Virus record (IMG/VR): IMGVR_UViG_3300045918_000157
Span: 1-64,000 of that record
Strand: one strand, 5' to 3'
Length of the DNA: 64,000 nucleotides
From: a virus
The position numbers and the translations under genes were made by a program. Shown here piece by piece: positions 28,198 through 38,463 of the stretch; position 1 is the stretch's first letter, and every line of letters starts with the position of its first letter. The notes below the pieces were generated by a model that saw nothing but the letters and a program-made list of their open reading frames with translations, was not told the origin of the DNA and did no database searches.

Positions 28198-28662
28198 ATG
28201 GCTTTACCATCATACGGTACTATCTCTATTACTGATATAGCAGCTTACTTGGGAATAAGCGCTAATGGCCTAAATCTTAACGATAGTAGAGTACGGAATT
28301 TAACCAGTAGGCCTTCAGGAATTATTAGCCTTAATGACTGCCGCTATCAGCCTATAAGTGTGAACTGGAACGGTGCATTTGAAGATAATCATCGAAGCTC
28401 GCAACGTACCTTTAATATCAGCTTTCAATGTTCAACTAGTGGTGGACGGATACCTTTGACGTATAGTTGGACATGGCAATCAAACCCTTCAGGCTTTTTA
28501 TTTACTGATAGAGAGTTTGGTAATGGCTCTATTGTATACACCTTTCCAGGCCCTGAACTACCATCTACAGAACATGCGTATGCGACGCTACGTTGTACTG
28601 CAAGCGATGGTATGACAAGTGGCTATACAGAGTGGTACTTCCATTTATACATTTATCCATAA
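28198..28662 (+). CDS. putative fibre-tip adhesin / receptor-binding protein
   Basis: MALPSYGTISITDI...VRNL...SGIISL N-terminus typical of small proteins following S74 fibres. Confidence 0.6.
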   Translation: MALPSYGTISITDIAAYLGISANGLNLNDSRVRNLTSRPSGIISLNDCRYQPISVNWNGAFEDNHRSSQRTFNISFQCSTSGGRIPLTYSWTWQSNPSGFLFTDREFGNGSIVYTFPGPELPSTEHAYATLRCTASDGMTSGYTEWYFHLYIYP

Positions 28663-28666
28663 GACG

Positions 28667-29146
28667 ATGTACGACCAACTAGATACTAACGGCCAAGTCG
28701 TAAGGGCTAACTTCCAACTTGGTATGTACGATACTCTACCAGAAGGGCACTCATGGGTAGAGCACGTAGATACGCTTGATATTGCAAGACAAGCAGCATG
28801 GATTGGTGTTAAGGCAGAGCGTGAACGGTTATCTAATGACGGCGGTTATAAAGTTACAGTAAACGGCACTGTTAAATGGTTTCATTCAGATTCCACAAGT
28901 CAGAGACAGCAAATGAGTTTAGTTCTGTTAGGAGCCAATGTTCCAGCCGTACAGTGGAAAACTATGGATGGTAGTAAGGTGACAATGACACAAGCATTAG
29001 CTTCTCAAATATTTCAGGCCGGTGTTAGTCAAGGAATGGCTATCTTCGCTGCAGGTGAGGCACACTATAGCGCAATAAAACTATCACTGGACCCGGCTAG
29101 CTATGACTTTAGCAACGGATGGCCTGAAGTATACCTAGGGGTATAG
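28667..29146 (+). CDS. DUF4376-like tail fibre assembly protein
   Basis: WFHSDSTS...QWKTMDGS...YDFSNGWP motif. Confidence 0.7.
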   Translation: MYDQLDTNGQVVRANFQLGMYDTLPEGHSWVEHVDTLDIARQAAWIGVKAERERLSNDGGYKVTVNGTVKWFHSDSTSQRQQMSLVLLGANVPAVQWKTMDGSKVTMTQALASQIFQAGVSQGMAIFAAGEAHYSAIKLSLDPASYDFSNGWPEVYLGV

Positions 29147-29148
29147 CA

Positions 29149-29466
29149 GTGGCAAAACTAATAACTACAGTCGTAAAAACAGCCCCATTTCAGTTTAGCG
29201 CTAGTGTTGCAAAAGATGGACTACAGGTAGACCTAACTGGCTGGTCTATAAGCAGTCAGGTATGGACACCTGATGGAATTATAGCTGCTGCAGTAACAGC
29301 TACTATTCCAGATCAGGCTGTAAATAAGGGTAAATACACATTTCAAGCCGCTACTGCACAATGGCCAGATGGCAGTAGTCTATGGGATATGGTCTATCAG
29401 TATAGTGATGGAGTTGGAGGATGGGTAGTAGTCTATGACTTCACTACTGTTTGGCAGATATTTTAG
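29149..29466 (+). CDS. hypothetical virion-associated protein
   Basis: VDLTGWSISSQV motif (BppU-like). Confidence 0.55.
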   Translation: MAKLITTVVKTAPFQFSASVAKDGLQVDLTGWSISSQVWTPDGIIAAAVTATIPDQAVNKGKYTFQAATAQWPDGSSLWDMVYQYSDGVGGWVVVYDFTTVWQIF

Positions 29467-29570
29467 CCTGCGTTGTCGATACCAATAGGCAGTATTACCA
29501 AGGTTGTTTGCTGTAATTTAAGCAGTAACATTTATAATCCGTGCCAAAGCACACCAAGGCGTACTTCATA

Positions 29571-30083
29571 ATGACACTCAAAACTGTGAAAGTCGAAGTA
29601 AAGCTCCTAGGCCCTGACTCAATCTCTATTGTCAACGCCTGCGTAGAGGCGTGCCTAAGTAACTACGAGATAGACAATGGTGTTATTGTGCCTGCGCTTG
29701 TTAAAGCATTTACAGATAGCACTGGTACGGTAACTTTGAACCTATGGCCGAATGCAAGAGGCAGCGCTTCGTCCAGCTACTCAGTTAAGGCAACTCGCTA
29801 CGCCAAACTGCTAGATGTAGTGATAGTCGTTCCAGACGTTGACTCATCCATACCTATTCCAATAGAGCAACTGATAAATGCAGAACCTTATCCAACTCTA
29901 GACGCATCTCAGATAGCCCTATTAGGCGTACAGGCTGCTGCCGCTGCCGCGCAGCAAAATCTAGACTCTTCCGTTATGGCTGCAATCGCGCAGTCAGGTG
30001 TAGCCCAAGCCTACATCAATAGTATAAATAACGTTCAAGAGTTACGAACCATGTTTATGTCATACATAGCGAGTCACCCATAA
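29571..30083 (+). CDS. virion fibre/spike anchor-like protein
   Basis: TDSTGTVTLNLWPN motif seen in fibre N-terminal domains. First gene after a promoter box and TATAAT (29533). Confidence 0.55.
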   Translation: MTLKTVKVEVKLLGPDSISIVNACVEACLSNYEIDNGVIVPALVKAFTDSTGTVTLNLWPNARGSASSSYSVKATRYAKLLDVVIVVPDVDSSIPIPIEQLINAEPYPTLDASQIALLGVQAAAAAAQQNLDSSVMAAIAQSGVAQAYINSINNVQELRTMFMSYIASHP

Positions 30084-33000
30084 TGCCTACAGCAATTGAA
30101 AGCCTTACGGCACAAGTAAATGTCCTTGACACCAACACTACTGCGCTTCTTGCAGCAGTTAGTGATGTTAAGACCGACATAATCGCAAGGGTTGCCGAAG
30201 TTTTCGCTACTAATGCGTCAGCTGGTGATGCTGCTCGCAGTGCAGCTGCCGCTCTTATTTCCGCAGCTTTTGCCAGTACTGACAGAGGTTTAGCTTCTGC
30301 TAGTGCTGAGCAAGCTTTAAACAACGCTTCACAGGCACTGGCTATCTATGGCACAACGAATGCCATGAATGCAGCGCTGATTACGGCTGCGGCACAGACA
30401 CAGCTTGCTCAAACTGCAGCAGTATCTGCTAGCTCGGTATTGCAGCAAGACCTGAGCGCTATCAGCACGGCACTGCATCGTTCGCCGAATCCTGTCACAG
30501 CGCTATTTATCTATGACACCAGTAGGGATAGCGATGGTGGTGCATGGGTGGAGCGTATGCAACATACGTCATGGATGAATGAGCCTTTGTGTGGTGCATG
30601 GTTGACAGGTGGGTTTGCTTCGGAATTGCTAGCGCGTGGCGATAACCTGCTGCCGTATGCGGAGCAAATTGACAATGCAGCATGGATAAAAGGTGTAGGT
30701 GTATCAGTCATCGGCAATGTGCGTGACCCTATTGGGGGTTTGTCCGCACAGAAGATAGACTGGTCGAGCGCTGCGGTAAATGCAGGCTTTTCTAACAGTA
30801 ATGGCAGTGTAGTTGTGCCTACAGGACAGCCGAATATTCGTTCAGTATGGCTGCGGTCTGACACGCCCGGCACCTTGATTATTGGCAACCCTTACTATGC
30901 CGCCGCTAACTTGACGGCCAACATCACGACAATTTGGCAAAAGTTTGAACTGATACAAACTCCAACAGCGACTTCCGACTCTATAGCTGTGCGTAAAGAT
31001 GCAGGGTCACCAGCCACTATTGAAATCTATGCACCGAAGTTAAACAGGGTCGGCGCTCTACCATCTACCTACTCAGCATCGCCTGAGCTTGTTAGTAATG
31101 GTGGGTTTGATAGTGGGACGGTGGGGTGGACTGCAACAAACGGCGCAACGCTGGCATCAACTGTTAGTGAAATCACAGTCACAGCGGGAACAGCCGCGAA
31201 CGGCTCCGCCTCACAAGCCATTACTACAGTTATCGGGCAGGCTTACTCTATCAATGTAACCGCCAGAAAAGGCACCGCCACTGATGCCCGCCTGTGGGTA
31301 GGCACAACTGCGGGGGCTTTTAATATAGGGTCAGTCGCAGCGCCAACGACTACCAATACCGCACTACAGTTTGTTTTTGTCGCGACAGGGACGACGACTT
31401 ATATCTCCCTTACAAGTTTCGGCGCTGTGATCGGCAATACGGCTTTTTTCTCTGCTGTTTCCTGTAAGCAGATCACCACTCTAGCCACTCCCTACGTCCC
31501 CTACAGCACCCAAGCTGGTAGCTACTACCAGTCCAGTGCAGACGGCAAGTTCTACAAACTGGGCGCTACCTACGGAACGCTAGTTGAGGTCTTCCGTGGC
31601 AACAAGGCCAAGTTTCCACGGCTTTCGGCTATTGTGGCCGAAGCCGGTAGTATCACTATATATGACCTGACAGAGAAGGGCTGTCCGATGTGGATGCGGT
31701 TCAAGACCATTGGCACAAGTGTGCAGGCTGCGATATTTTCAGGAACTATTGGTTCGGTGGCCGCTATTAACGGCTTGATGTGCGTTGGCGCGTCGAATGT
31801 CTCATTTGGTCTTTTTGTGCAGATCAATTTTGCCAAAGACACCACGGTAAGCAACAACGGGTCAACTACCGGCTACAACATTCAGGTGGTGTCTCTGAGA
31901 AACTCCACGGCGGGAATGATAGCGACACTTAACTATTTTCCAGCAGCTATCGCCTCGCGTGATGTAAACGCCGTCGCCATGACCGTGCTACCTGACGCCC
32001 CTATTGACATCGCTACCGGCTTGCAAGTTCCTACTATCGCTGTAGGGACACAAGGCGGAACTAGCATTATTCGGCATGATGGCACGATTATAAGTAGCGC
32101 TATTAACCCTACATCGGTAGCTTACACTGTATTTAGCCCTAGTGGGTTATGGGTAAGTCGCAACGCCAGTATAGGCTCTGCTTATTTTTACAGCAATGCT
32201 TCAATATCTGCTGGCGTAATTGCGTCACCAACTGGATTCCTTGGAGGTATTCCAATTCGTGATGGATGGGTCTTCAGACTAGCGGCAAGTAAATCTGTTA
32301 TAGGTCTTGGGTCTAGTAGCCCGGCACTACCTGAGCTTACCTTTGTGCGTACAGGCATTCAGAGCGTTGCGGCTCGGTTGCAGGCTACTATTGCAGATAG
32401 GTACAACACCGGCTACATGACAGGTGACATCCGCCGCTGCTACCTAGCCAATACTATTGTTGAGAGTATTAGCGCGACTGAGTTGGTTACTAATGGGACG
32501 TTTGATGTTGATACGGCGGGGTGGACACTTATAAATACAGGAAGTGCAACAGCCACTGTTTCAGCAGGGGTGGTGACACTTAATCCTGTGGACATAGCTG
32601 GCATCGCACGCATTCGGCAACAAGTTAATGTGACGGTGGGAAAAGCATACAACATCACTTTCGTAGGACTATCGGAGAGCGGTTCACCGGCAACGGTGAC
32701 AGTTGGGACAGCTGCTGGTGGTGCTGAATACTTCACAGTGCCGTCAGTGAGCAACACTTCAACTTACTCCAAAGTTATTGTAGCTACCAGCGCTCAACTA
32801 TGGATTAGCTACTTTAAGGCGGGCACTGTACTCGGCATATATCAGGTAGACAGCGTTAGCGTCAAAGAAGTCATCGCAGACCGCTCCTACAAAGCAGCAG
32901 GCGCAAACATTTTCGGAACGCTAGTTAAAAGTGCAGTCGGTGTCGGGAGTCAGCTTGTTGCGTACAGCGGTTTTAGTCCTGCCAACTATGCTAGAGAGAC

Positions 33001-34693
33001 ATACAGCGCTGATCTGGATGTAGGTACGAATGATTTGAGTGTGAGTGTTTGGGTTAACACCACTGGCTATGGCCCTAGCAGTCTTATGCTGTTTCCAGAG
33101 CAGTTTGACAATGCGGTTTGGATTAAATCCAACATTACAGTAACCGCCAATGCGACGGTTGCACCAGACGGTAGCACGACTGCTGACAAACTTTCTGAAG
33201 GTACATCGGCAGCTATTGTGAATAGGGTATTTCAACTTCCTATGTTCGTAGCAGGCTTATATACATTCTCTGTCTATGCCAAACCTGCCGGAAGACAGTT
33301 TTTCGCTATTAATAGTTTTCAATCAGGTGGGACAGGTTTCTCAGCCATATTTGATCTGTCGTCAGGAACTGCTGTATCAGGTGGCGGGACAATCACGGCT
33401 GATTTGAACGGCTTTTATAGGTGTTCAGTCTCCGTGATCAGCCTTGCAGCAGTTCGTGAATTTGAGATTCGCATACTTTTAAACGCCATCACACCGCTGT
33501 ATACTGGTGACGGAGTTTCTGGCATATACGTTTGGGGTGCCATGTGTTCACCGGGCCTACTACAGCCTTACAGGCCCGGCTTAACGACGGCCTATAACGG
33601 TACTGTCGCTTTAGTGGATCGCAGCGCAGCTACCGGACCGTCTTTCATGTTGGGTATGGATGGAAATGCCAAATTAGTTGCTACGCTCTATGACGGCACA
33701 ACCACCCGCACGGTCACCACGACAGCAGCCTACAACACCGGCACACCTACCAAGGCACGCTTGAACTACAGCGCTGGCCGACTGGCAATCAGCGTCAACG
33801 GGCTTGAGGTGGCAAGCACTGTTGGTGCGCCGCTACTGACGCTGAACAACGCCGCTGCCACGCTGACCATCGGCAACAGCCGCACCCTAGACGCACCATT
33901 CCCCGGCAGCATAGCCCTGCTCAAAGTCGGTGCAACACTACCTACTCCCGAACAGGCGGTGTTCATGTATGAGCAAGAAAAGCAAATGTTCCGTGACGGT
34001 GCGCAGATTACCTTACCTGCGGCCACAGCTGTTGCAGACCTTGCTTACGATGAACAGTTGGACAAGTGGGTAGCAATTCAGGCAGGAAATGAGTCTTCTT
34101 TCACAGGCTTGATACGTACTGCTACGGGAACACCTAGCTCTGGTAACTTCAGCAATGTTAGAGCGCAATCAGGCGTTAAGTTACTATCACGTATTACTGC
34201 TAACCCCGGTGTTGATGTTACGGTCCCGGCCTATGGATTGCGAGATGAACTGGTACGTAGAGCGGAGGCAGCAGCCAAGGCCAGTAAGACGCTTACGGTG
34301 TTTGATTTTGACGCAGTGGGCTTTACGGCCACTACGACGAACCTGAGCAATCAGTTGACAGTAGTGGCCTCTATTATAGGTACGCCTTACATCGGAATGG
34401 GTATTACAGGTGTTGGTATTCCTGTCAACACCATAATTACAAACATCAATGGTGCTATCTATACCATGAGTGCTAATGCAACGGCTACTGCAAATCTGGT
34501 GGCTATTGGTCAGTCAACATTTCAGACGCCTGCAGGATGGACGGCGACAGAGGTGCTATCGGCTGGTGCATCTAAGCGTGAAGGGCCAACCAAGGATTTT
34601 GTTAGAAACTTTGACGGATTTAGGGAAACCATACGCTTTGCAGTAGCTCCCGGCTCTGCTGCATGGGTCCAGATAACCGCCAAAAAGGAATGA
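30083..34693 (+). CDS. large multi-domain fibre/spike with carbohydrate-binding-like and LamG-like modules
   Basis: 1536 aa with N-terminal coiled coil, two ELV.NG.FD...GW modules, two L...EQ.DNA.WIK modules and a LamG-like C-terminal part. Confidence 0.75.
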   Translation: MPTAIESLTAQVNVLDTNTTALLAAVSDVKTDIIARVAEVFATNASAGDAARSAAAALISAAFASTDRGLASASAEQALNNASQALAIYGTTNAMNAALITAAAQTQLAQTAAVSASSVLQQDLSAISTALHRSPNPVTALFIYDTSRDSDGGAWVERMQHTSWMNEPLCGAWLTGGFASELLARGDNLLPYAEQIDNAAWIKGVGVSVIGNVRDPIGGLSAQKIDWSSAAVNAGFSNSNGSVVVPTGQPNIRSVWLRSDTPGTLIIGNPYYAAANLTANITTIWQKFELIQTPTATSDSIAVRKDAGSPATIEIYAPKLNRVGALPSTYSASPELVSNGGFDSGTVGWTATNGATLASTVSEITVTAGTAANGSASQAITTVIGQAYSINVTARKGTATDARLWVGTTAGAFNIGSVAAPTTTNTALQFVFVATGTTTYISLTSFGAVIGNTAFFSAVSCKQITTLATPYVPYSTQAGSYYQSSADGKFYKLGATYGTLVEVFRGNKAKFPRLSAIVAEAGSITIYDLTEKGCPMWMRFKTIGTSVQAAIFSGTIGSVAAINGLMCVGASNVSFGLFVQINFAKDTTVSNNGSTTGYNIQVVSLRNSTAGMIATLNYFPAAIASRDVNAVAMTVLPDAPIDIATGLQVPTIAVGTQGGTSIIRHDGTIISSAINPTSVAYTVFSPSGLWVSRNASIGSAYFYSNASISAGVIASPTGFLGGIPIRDGWVFRLAASKSVIGLGSSSPALPELTFVRTGIQSVAARLQATIADRYNTGYMTGDIRRCYLANTIVESISATELVTNGTFDVDTAGWTLINTGSATATVSAGVVTLNPVDIAGIARIRQQVNVTVGKAYNITFVGLSESGSPATVTVGTAAGGAEYFTVPSVSNTSTYSKVIVATSAQLWISYFKAGTVLGIYQVDSVSVKEVIADRSYKAAGANIFGTLVKSAVGVGSQLVAYSGFSPANYARETYSADLDVGTNDLSVSVWVNTTGYGPSSLMLFPEQFDNAVWIKSNITVTANATVAPDGSTTADKLSEGTSAAIVNRVFQLPMFVAGLYTFSVYAKPAGRQFFAINSFQSGGTGFSAIFDLSSGTAVSGGGTITADLNGFYRCSVSVISLAAVREFEIRILLNAITPLYTGDGVSGIYVWGAMCSPGLLQPYRPGLTTAYNGTVALVDRSAATGPSFMLGMDGNAKLVATLYDGTTTRTVTTTAAYNTGTPTKARLNYSAGRLAISVNGLEVASTVGAPLLTLNNAAATLTIGNSRTLDAPFPGSIALLKVGATLPTPEQAVFMYEQEKQMFRDGAQITLPAATAVADLAYDEQLDKWVAIQAGNESSFTGLIRTATGTPSSGNFSNVRAQSGVKLLSRITANPGVDVTVPAYGLRDELVRRAEAAAKASKTLTVFDFDAVGFTATTTNLSNQLTVVASIIGTPYIGMGITGVGIPVNTIITNINGAIYTMSANATATANLVAIGQSTFQTPAGWTATEVLSAGASKREGPTKDFVRNFDGFRETIRFAVAPGSAAWVQITAKKE

Positions 34694-34697
34694 GATT

Positions 34698-35153
34698 ATG
34701 CTGCGATTTGTCAACATGATGGGTAACGATGTGTGGAGCGAAGCAGATTTGAACAACTACGTGAGAGCACTCGTTGGCTCTGGTGTATCGGCTGATAGGC
34801 AACAAGAGCTACGTACAATCATGATTGGACACATATCACGCATGAGGCCAGCAACTGCATCTGAAATGGCAGAAATTGAAGAGGTCAAAGTTCTTACAGA
34901 AAATGCAGGCTTAGCACTTGTACAGGCAAGACTTGACATGATTCTCCTTCAGGAAGTTCTTGATCTTGAACCATCATTGCTCAGGCTAAGACAGCCACTG
35001 GTTATTCTAGACTCTACGACGCCTACAGGAAACAGTGATCTTGTAGAGATAGACTTGGCAGAGAGGGCGGCAGCGCAGTTAGCACTAGATAGCGCTAGTC
35101 CAGAAGCAACAGAGCTATTGAATACTAGAAATCCTACTGAGATGCCCACATGA
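34698..35153 (+). CDS. hypothetical protein, possible chaperone of the preceding fibre
   Basis: 151-aa helical ORF closely following the 1536-aa gene. Confidence 0.6.
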   Translation: MLRFVNMMGNDVWSEADLNNYVRALVGSGVSADRQQELRTIMIGHISRMRPATASEMAEIEEVKVLTENAGLALVQARLDMILLQEVLDLEPSLLRLRQPLVILDSTTPTGNSDLVEIDLAERAAAQLALDSASPEATELLNTRNPTEMPT

Positions 35154-35632
35154 GAGTTGCTTTATTTATAGGTAATCACGCTGACTCAGCCTTTCTTGTT
35201 AAGCTTAGTGCGATTCTGACAAGGAAGTTCCAGAAGGGGCCTTACTCTAACGTTGTGCATGTAGAAGCTATTCACGAAGAGTTTAGTGATGGCTCTGTGA
35301 CAATTGCTAGTGCATCGTATATGGATAAGGGTGTCCGCTCTAAGATCACTACGCTAAACCCGCTACATTGGATTATGGTTGATGTACCTCAATGGGACGT
35401 AGAGTTATCACAGGATTATCTTTCTATGACAGTTGGGATGCCATACGATAGCCGTGGTGCTCTCGCAACGTGCCTTCCCGGCTCTCCTGACGCTGACAAG
35501 GCATTTTGTAATCAGTGGGTAGGTCATCCATTCCTTAAAGCGTCTGCTACGTTTGGGCCTCATCACTTTGCAGCTATCTGCTTGACAATCGGTAAAGACA
35601 TCACAAAAGAATTTTTTGCTAGTAGGATATAA
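35150..35632 (+). CDS. permuted papain-like (YiiX/NlpC-P60 permuted) peptidase/amidase-like protein
   Basis: His (VHVE) precedes Cys (FCNQW), with GMPYD motif. Confidence 0.6.
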   Translation: MRVALFIGNHADSAFLVKLSAILTRKFQKGPYSNVVHVEAIHEEFSDGSVTIASASYMDKGVRSKITTLNPLHWIMVDVPQWDVELSQDYLSMTVGMPYDSRGALATCLPGSPDADKAFCNQWVGHPFLKASATFGPHHFAAICLTIGKDITKEFFASRI

Positions 35633-35653
35633 CTAACTGTTATCGGCGTCTAT

Positions 35654-36385
35654 ATGACCTTCCCAAAGTCCTCTGGTAATATGCTGCCAATACCAGACCC
35701 AACACCTCTGACAACGGATATGGTGCTGCGTGAAGTTCATGCGCTGCGCGAAGTGCTGGACATGCGGATAGCCGGTAATGATCGCCTGATAGCGATGTTG
35801 CAGGACTCTCTAGCAGAACGCGCAGTAGTTATACGAACACAAGTGGATCATTTACAGCAACTGCAGGACGAAAAGTTCCGCAGCATTCAGACGCAGTTCG
35901 TAGAGAGGGATACCAGAGCAGAACAGACAGCAAAAGATTCAAAAGTTGCGGTGGATGCGGCTTTGCAAGCTGCTAAAGAGGCTGTGGGCGAGCAAAATAA
36001 ATCGAGTTCACTGGCTATTTCAAAAAGTGAAAGCGGAACGACAAAGCAGATTGATCAGATCAGCATAAATATAGCAACTAGCAATAGTAATCTGAATGAC
36101 AAGATTGATGATGTGAAGGGCCAGCAAGTAATTTTGAATGGTCAGCTTCTGCTTATGAGCGGTAAAATAGCAGGTGGTAATGATAACAAGGATGATAACA
36201 GATCAAATATTGGCATTATAGTAGCAGTGTTAGCGGTAGTGGTAGCTGCTGCAGCTATGATTATAGACTTTAAAGGGGCTTCAGGGCCAGTAGGAACTCC
36301 ATCTTTATCTGCATCCCCGCCTATTATCTATGTACAGCCGACACCTCAGACACAGGCACCAGTTGTAATTCAGCCTAATAAATAG
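35654..36385 (+). CDS. coiled-coil protein with C-terminal transmembrane helix
   Basis: Long heptad region followed by IGIIVAVLAVVVAAAAMII. Confidence 0.7.
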   Translation: MTFPKSSGNMLPIPDPTPLTTDMVLREVHALREVLDMRIAGNDRLIAMLQDSLAERAVVIRTQVDHLQQLQDEKFRSIQTQFVERDTRAEQTAKDSKVAVDAALQAAKEAVGEQNKSSSLAISKSESGTTKQIDQISINIATSNSNLNDKIDDVKGQQVILNGQLLLMSGKIAGGNDNKDDNRSNIGIIVAVLAVVVAAAAMIIDFKGASGPVGTPSLSASPPIIYVQPTPQTQAPVVIQPNK

Positions 36386-36439
36386 TTTCCCCGTAGACCA
36401 CAAAAGGAGCTTTATGAACGACCCACCTAAAGGATAAAA

Positions 36440-36796
36440 ATGATTTTTTCAGAAACAATATTGGCATTCTTTGCCACAAAAAGTAAAGATGCCACCATCA
36501 CCAAGCGAAATTTTTCGCGTGTTTTCCACTACCTAGGACATATCATGACCGCAATTTCTGATTTTGCCACGAAACAAGCTGAGTACAGCGCACGCATCGA
36601 CGCAGCATTGACAGGCCTATCGGCTGATGTTGACACACTCAGTGCCAAGGTCGCCGAACTGCAAGCAACGTCGGGTGCTATCACCGCAGAAGACCAAGCC
36701 CTGCTTGACCAAATTGATGCGCAAGTGGCTGCACTCGCTACACGCATCGAGGCTGCTGATGCACTGACACCACCGGCTGCGCCAACGAATCCCTAA
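36440..36796 (+). CDS. small coiled-coil protein
   Basis: Ala-rich helical ORF. The start may be the internal Met at 36545. Confidence 0.6.
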   Translation: MIFSETILAFFATKSKDATITKRNFSRVFHYLGHIMTAISDFATKQAEYSARIDAALTGLSADVDTLSAKVAELQATSGAITAEDQALLDQIDAQVAALATRIEAADALTPPAAPTNP

Positions 36797-36865
36797 GCGC
36801 TAACTGTCGGAAACGTGCCTGTAGCTACGGCTATAGGCACTTTATAGCTTTTGAAGGAGTTTTTG

Positions 36866-38107
36866 ATGCCTAGTCCAACAAAACCAGAAGCGCAAGCAGC
36901 GCTGGCGGTTGCAGTTGAATATGTGGAAAGCATACCAAATGCCCCACCACCTACACCACCGCCTTTATACCAGTCATGGGTGCAAAACAAGCAGTATGCA
37001 GCTGGAACTATTGTGGCTTTCTCTGATGGCAAGCTCTATCGGGCCAAGTATGCAAATCCGGGGTATGACCCAACGGTAAGTACCTACTATTGGGAAGTGC
37101 ACTTGCCTATCCCTGTAACCATCCCTACTACGGTCCCTCTTCCGGTGCCTGTTCCTATTCCTGTTCCTGCTGCTAGTGCCCCTACAGCTGCTCAGATGCC
37201 AGTTACAGACAGAAGTTCATACATTACCCTGCTCGGTAACCCCGCTAGCGGCTCTTTTGTTCTGGAAAACCCGTGGGGCGCTAACGGCATTACTAGAGGC
37301 CCTGCTGCAAATCAGTTTGAGTCTTTGATAGGTGTTCTTCCAACGCAGGGGCCAAATGGTGAAGTAGCATTTCGCTTAAAGTGGAGATGGCCTATACCAG
37401 CACCAGTAGGTACAGAGGTAAAAAGCTACTCAAGTATTATTGGTGGTAGACAGCCGGGTTACTATAGCAGTGATGCACTAATCGACGGTATGCAAGTAAT
37501 TACACCTCAAGGTGTTGTTCAAAGCGTCGCACCTACTGGCCATACACCCGGCACATTCATGCCACTGCAGTTACCGCTACCACCTGTCAAATGTAAATTT
37601 GCTGTATCTAACGTTGTGCCACCAACAGGACAGGGACAACTTGTTTTTGACATCTGGTTGCAAAGCACACCGGGGCAGACACGCGGCTTCAGTTCGGCAC
37701 CGTTTACGCATGAAATCATGATCCCATTGCAAAATTGGGGCAACTATGGCGCGCATAACAAGGGCCGTAATCCTACTTGGTATGACCACGACGCCACTAT
37801 AGGTGGTCGGCTATACCATGTTTACTGCACTAAAAAACCAGATGGTGTCTTTGATTACACTTTCGGAGGACAATGGGGTGCATGGGGCACTGGCTGGAAA
37901 ATGGTTGCATTTTTGCCAGATAAGCTACCGATCACTGCAGCGGAAATTGACATCGGTGAGCTTATTAACTATATGACAACCAGAAAGGATGCTAAGGGCA
38001 CTCCATGGGCAACTGGTAAAGAGTACTTAGTAGCAGTTGAGTTGGGCGTTGAGCCGATTGACGGCACTGGTGACATAATTGTTTATGACTATAAGGTGAA
38101 ACTATGA
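36866..38107 (+). CDS. CBM5/12-like module + Pro-rich linker + glycoside hydrolase family 12-like catalytic domain
   Basis: WVQNKQYAAGTIV...YRAK...YYW (CBM5/12). NPWG, VKSY, FDIW, EIMI (nucleophile Glu) and YLVAVELGVE (acid/base Glu). GAAGGAG RBS before ATG 36866. Confidence 0.78.
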   Translation: MPSPTKPEAQAALAVAVEYVESIPNAPPPTPPPLYQSWVQNKQYAAGTIVAFSDGKLYRAKYANPGYDPTVSTYYWEVHLPIPVTIPTTVPLPVPVPIPVPAASAPTAAQMPVTDRSSYITLLGNPASGSFVLENPWGANGITRGPAANQFESLIGVLPTQGPNGEVAFRLKWRWPIPAPVGTEVKSYSSIIGGRQPGYYSSDALIDGMQVITPQGVVQSVAPTGHTPGTFMPLQLPLPPVKCKFAVSNVVPPTGQGQLVFDIWLQSTPGQTRGFSSAPFTHEIMIPLQNWGNYGAHNKGRNPTWYDHDATIGGRLYHVYCTKKPDGVFDYTFGGQWGAWGTGWKMVAFLPDKLPITAAEIDIGELINYMTTRKDAKGTPWATGKEYLVAVELGVEPIDGTGDIIVYDYKVKL

Positions 38108-38463
38108 ACAACACAATGACAAACCCAACAATTCTGGCGCTTATCTCCGTTATTAGGGCGATGCTTGTAGCTACAGGTGCAGTACGAGGCTTTATGTCCG
38201 ACGATCTTTTAACTGAGTTTATTGGTGGCCTTATGGTGCTAATCCCTGTTCTATGGGCTATTGCTGAGCAGTATTACCTCGACATTAAAGCTAAGCATAG
38301 GGAAGTTATTGCTATTACAGCAGGGATTGTTATAGCAGATAATACAGTAGGGCCAACTCCGACTATCGCACCTATAGATGTACCAGCTACCATTGCAGCT
38401 ATCAAGCCTCAAATTGTGGTTACCACACCCACTGCACCTCCTGTAGTGCTAGCTGCAGCGTAA
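38104..38463 (+). CDS. putative holin
   Basis: Two hydrophobic helices in the N-terminal half, upstream of the endolysin. Confidence 0.6.
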   Translation: MNNTMTNPTILALISVIRAMLVATGAVRGFMSDDLLTEFIGGLMVLIPVLWAIAEQYYLDIKAKHREVIAITAGIVIADNTVGPTPTIAPIDVPATIAAIKPQIVVTTPTAPPVVLAAA

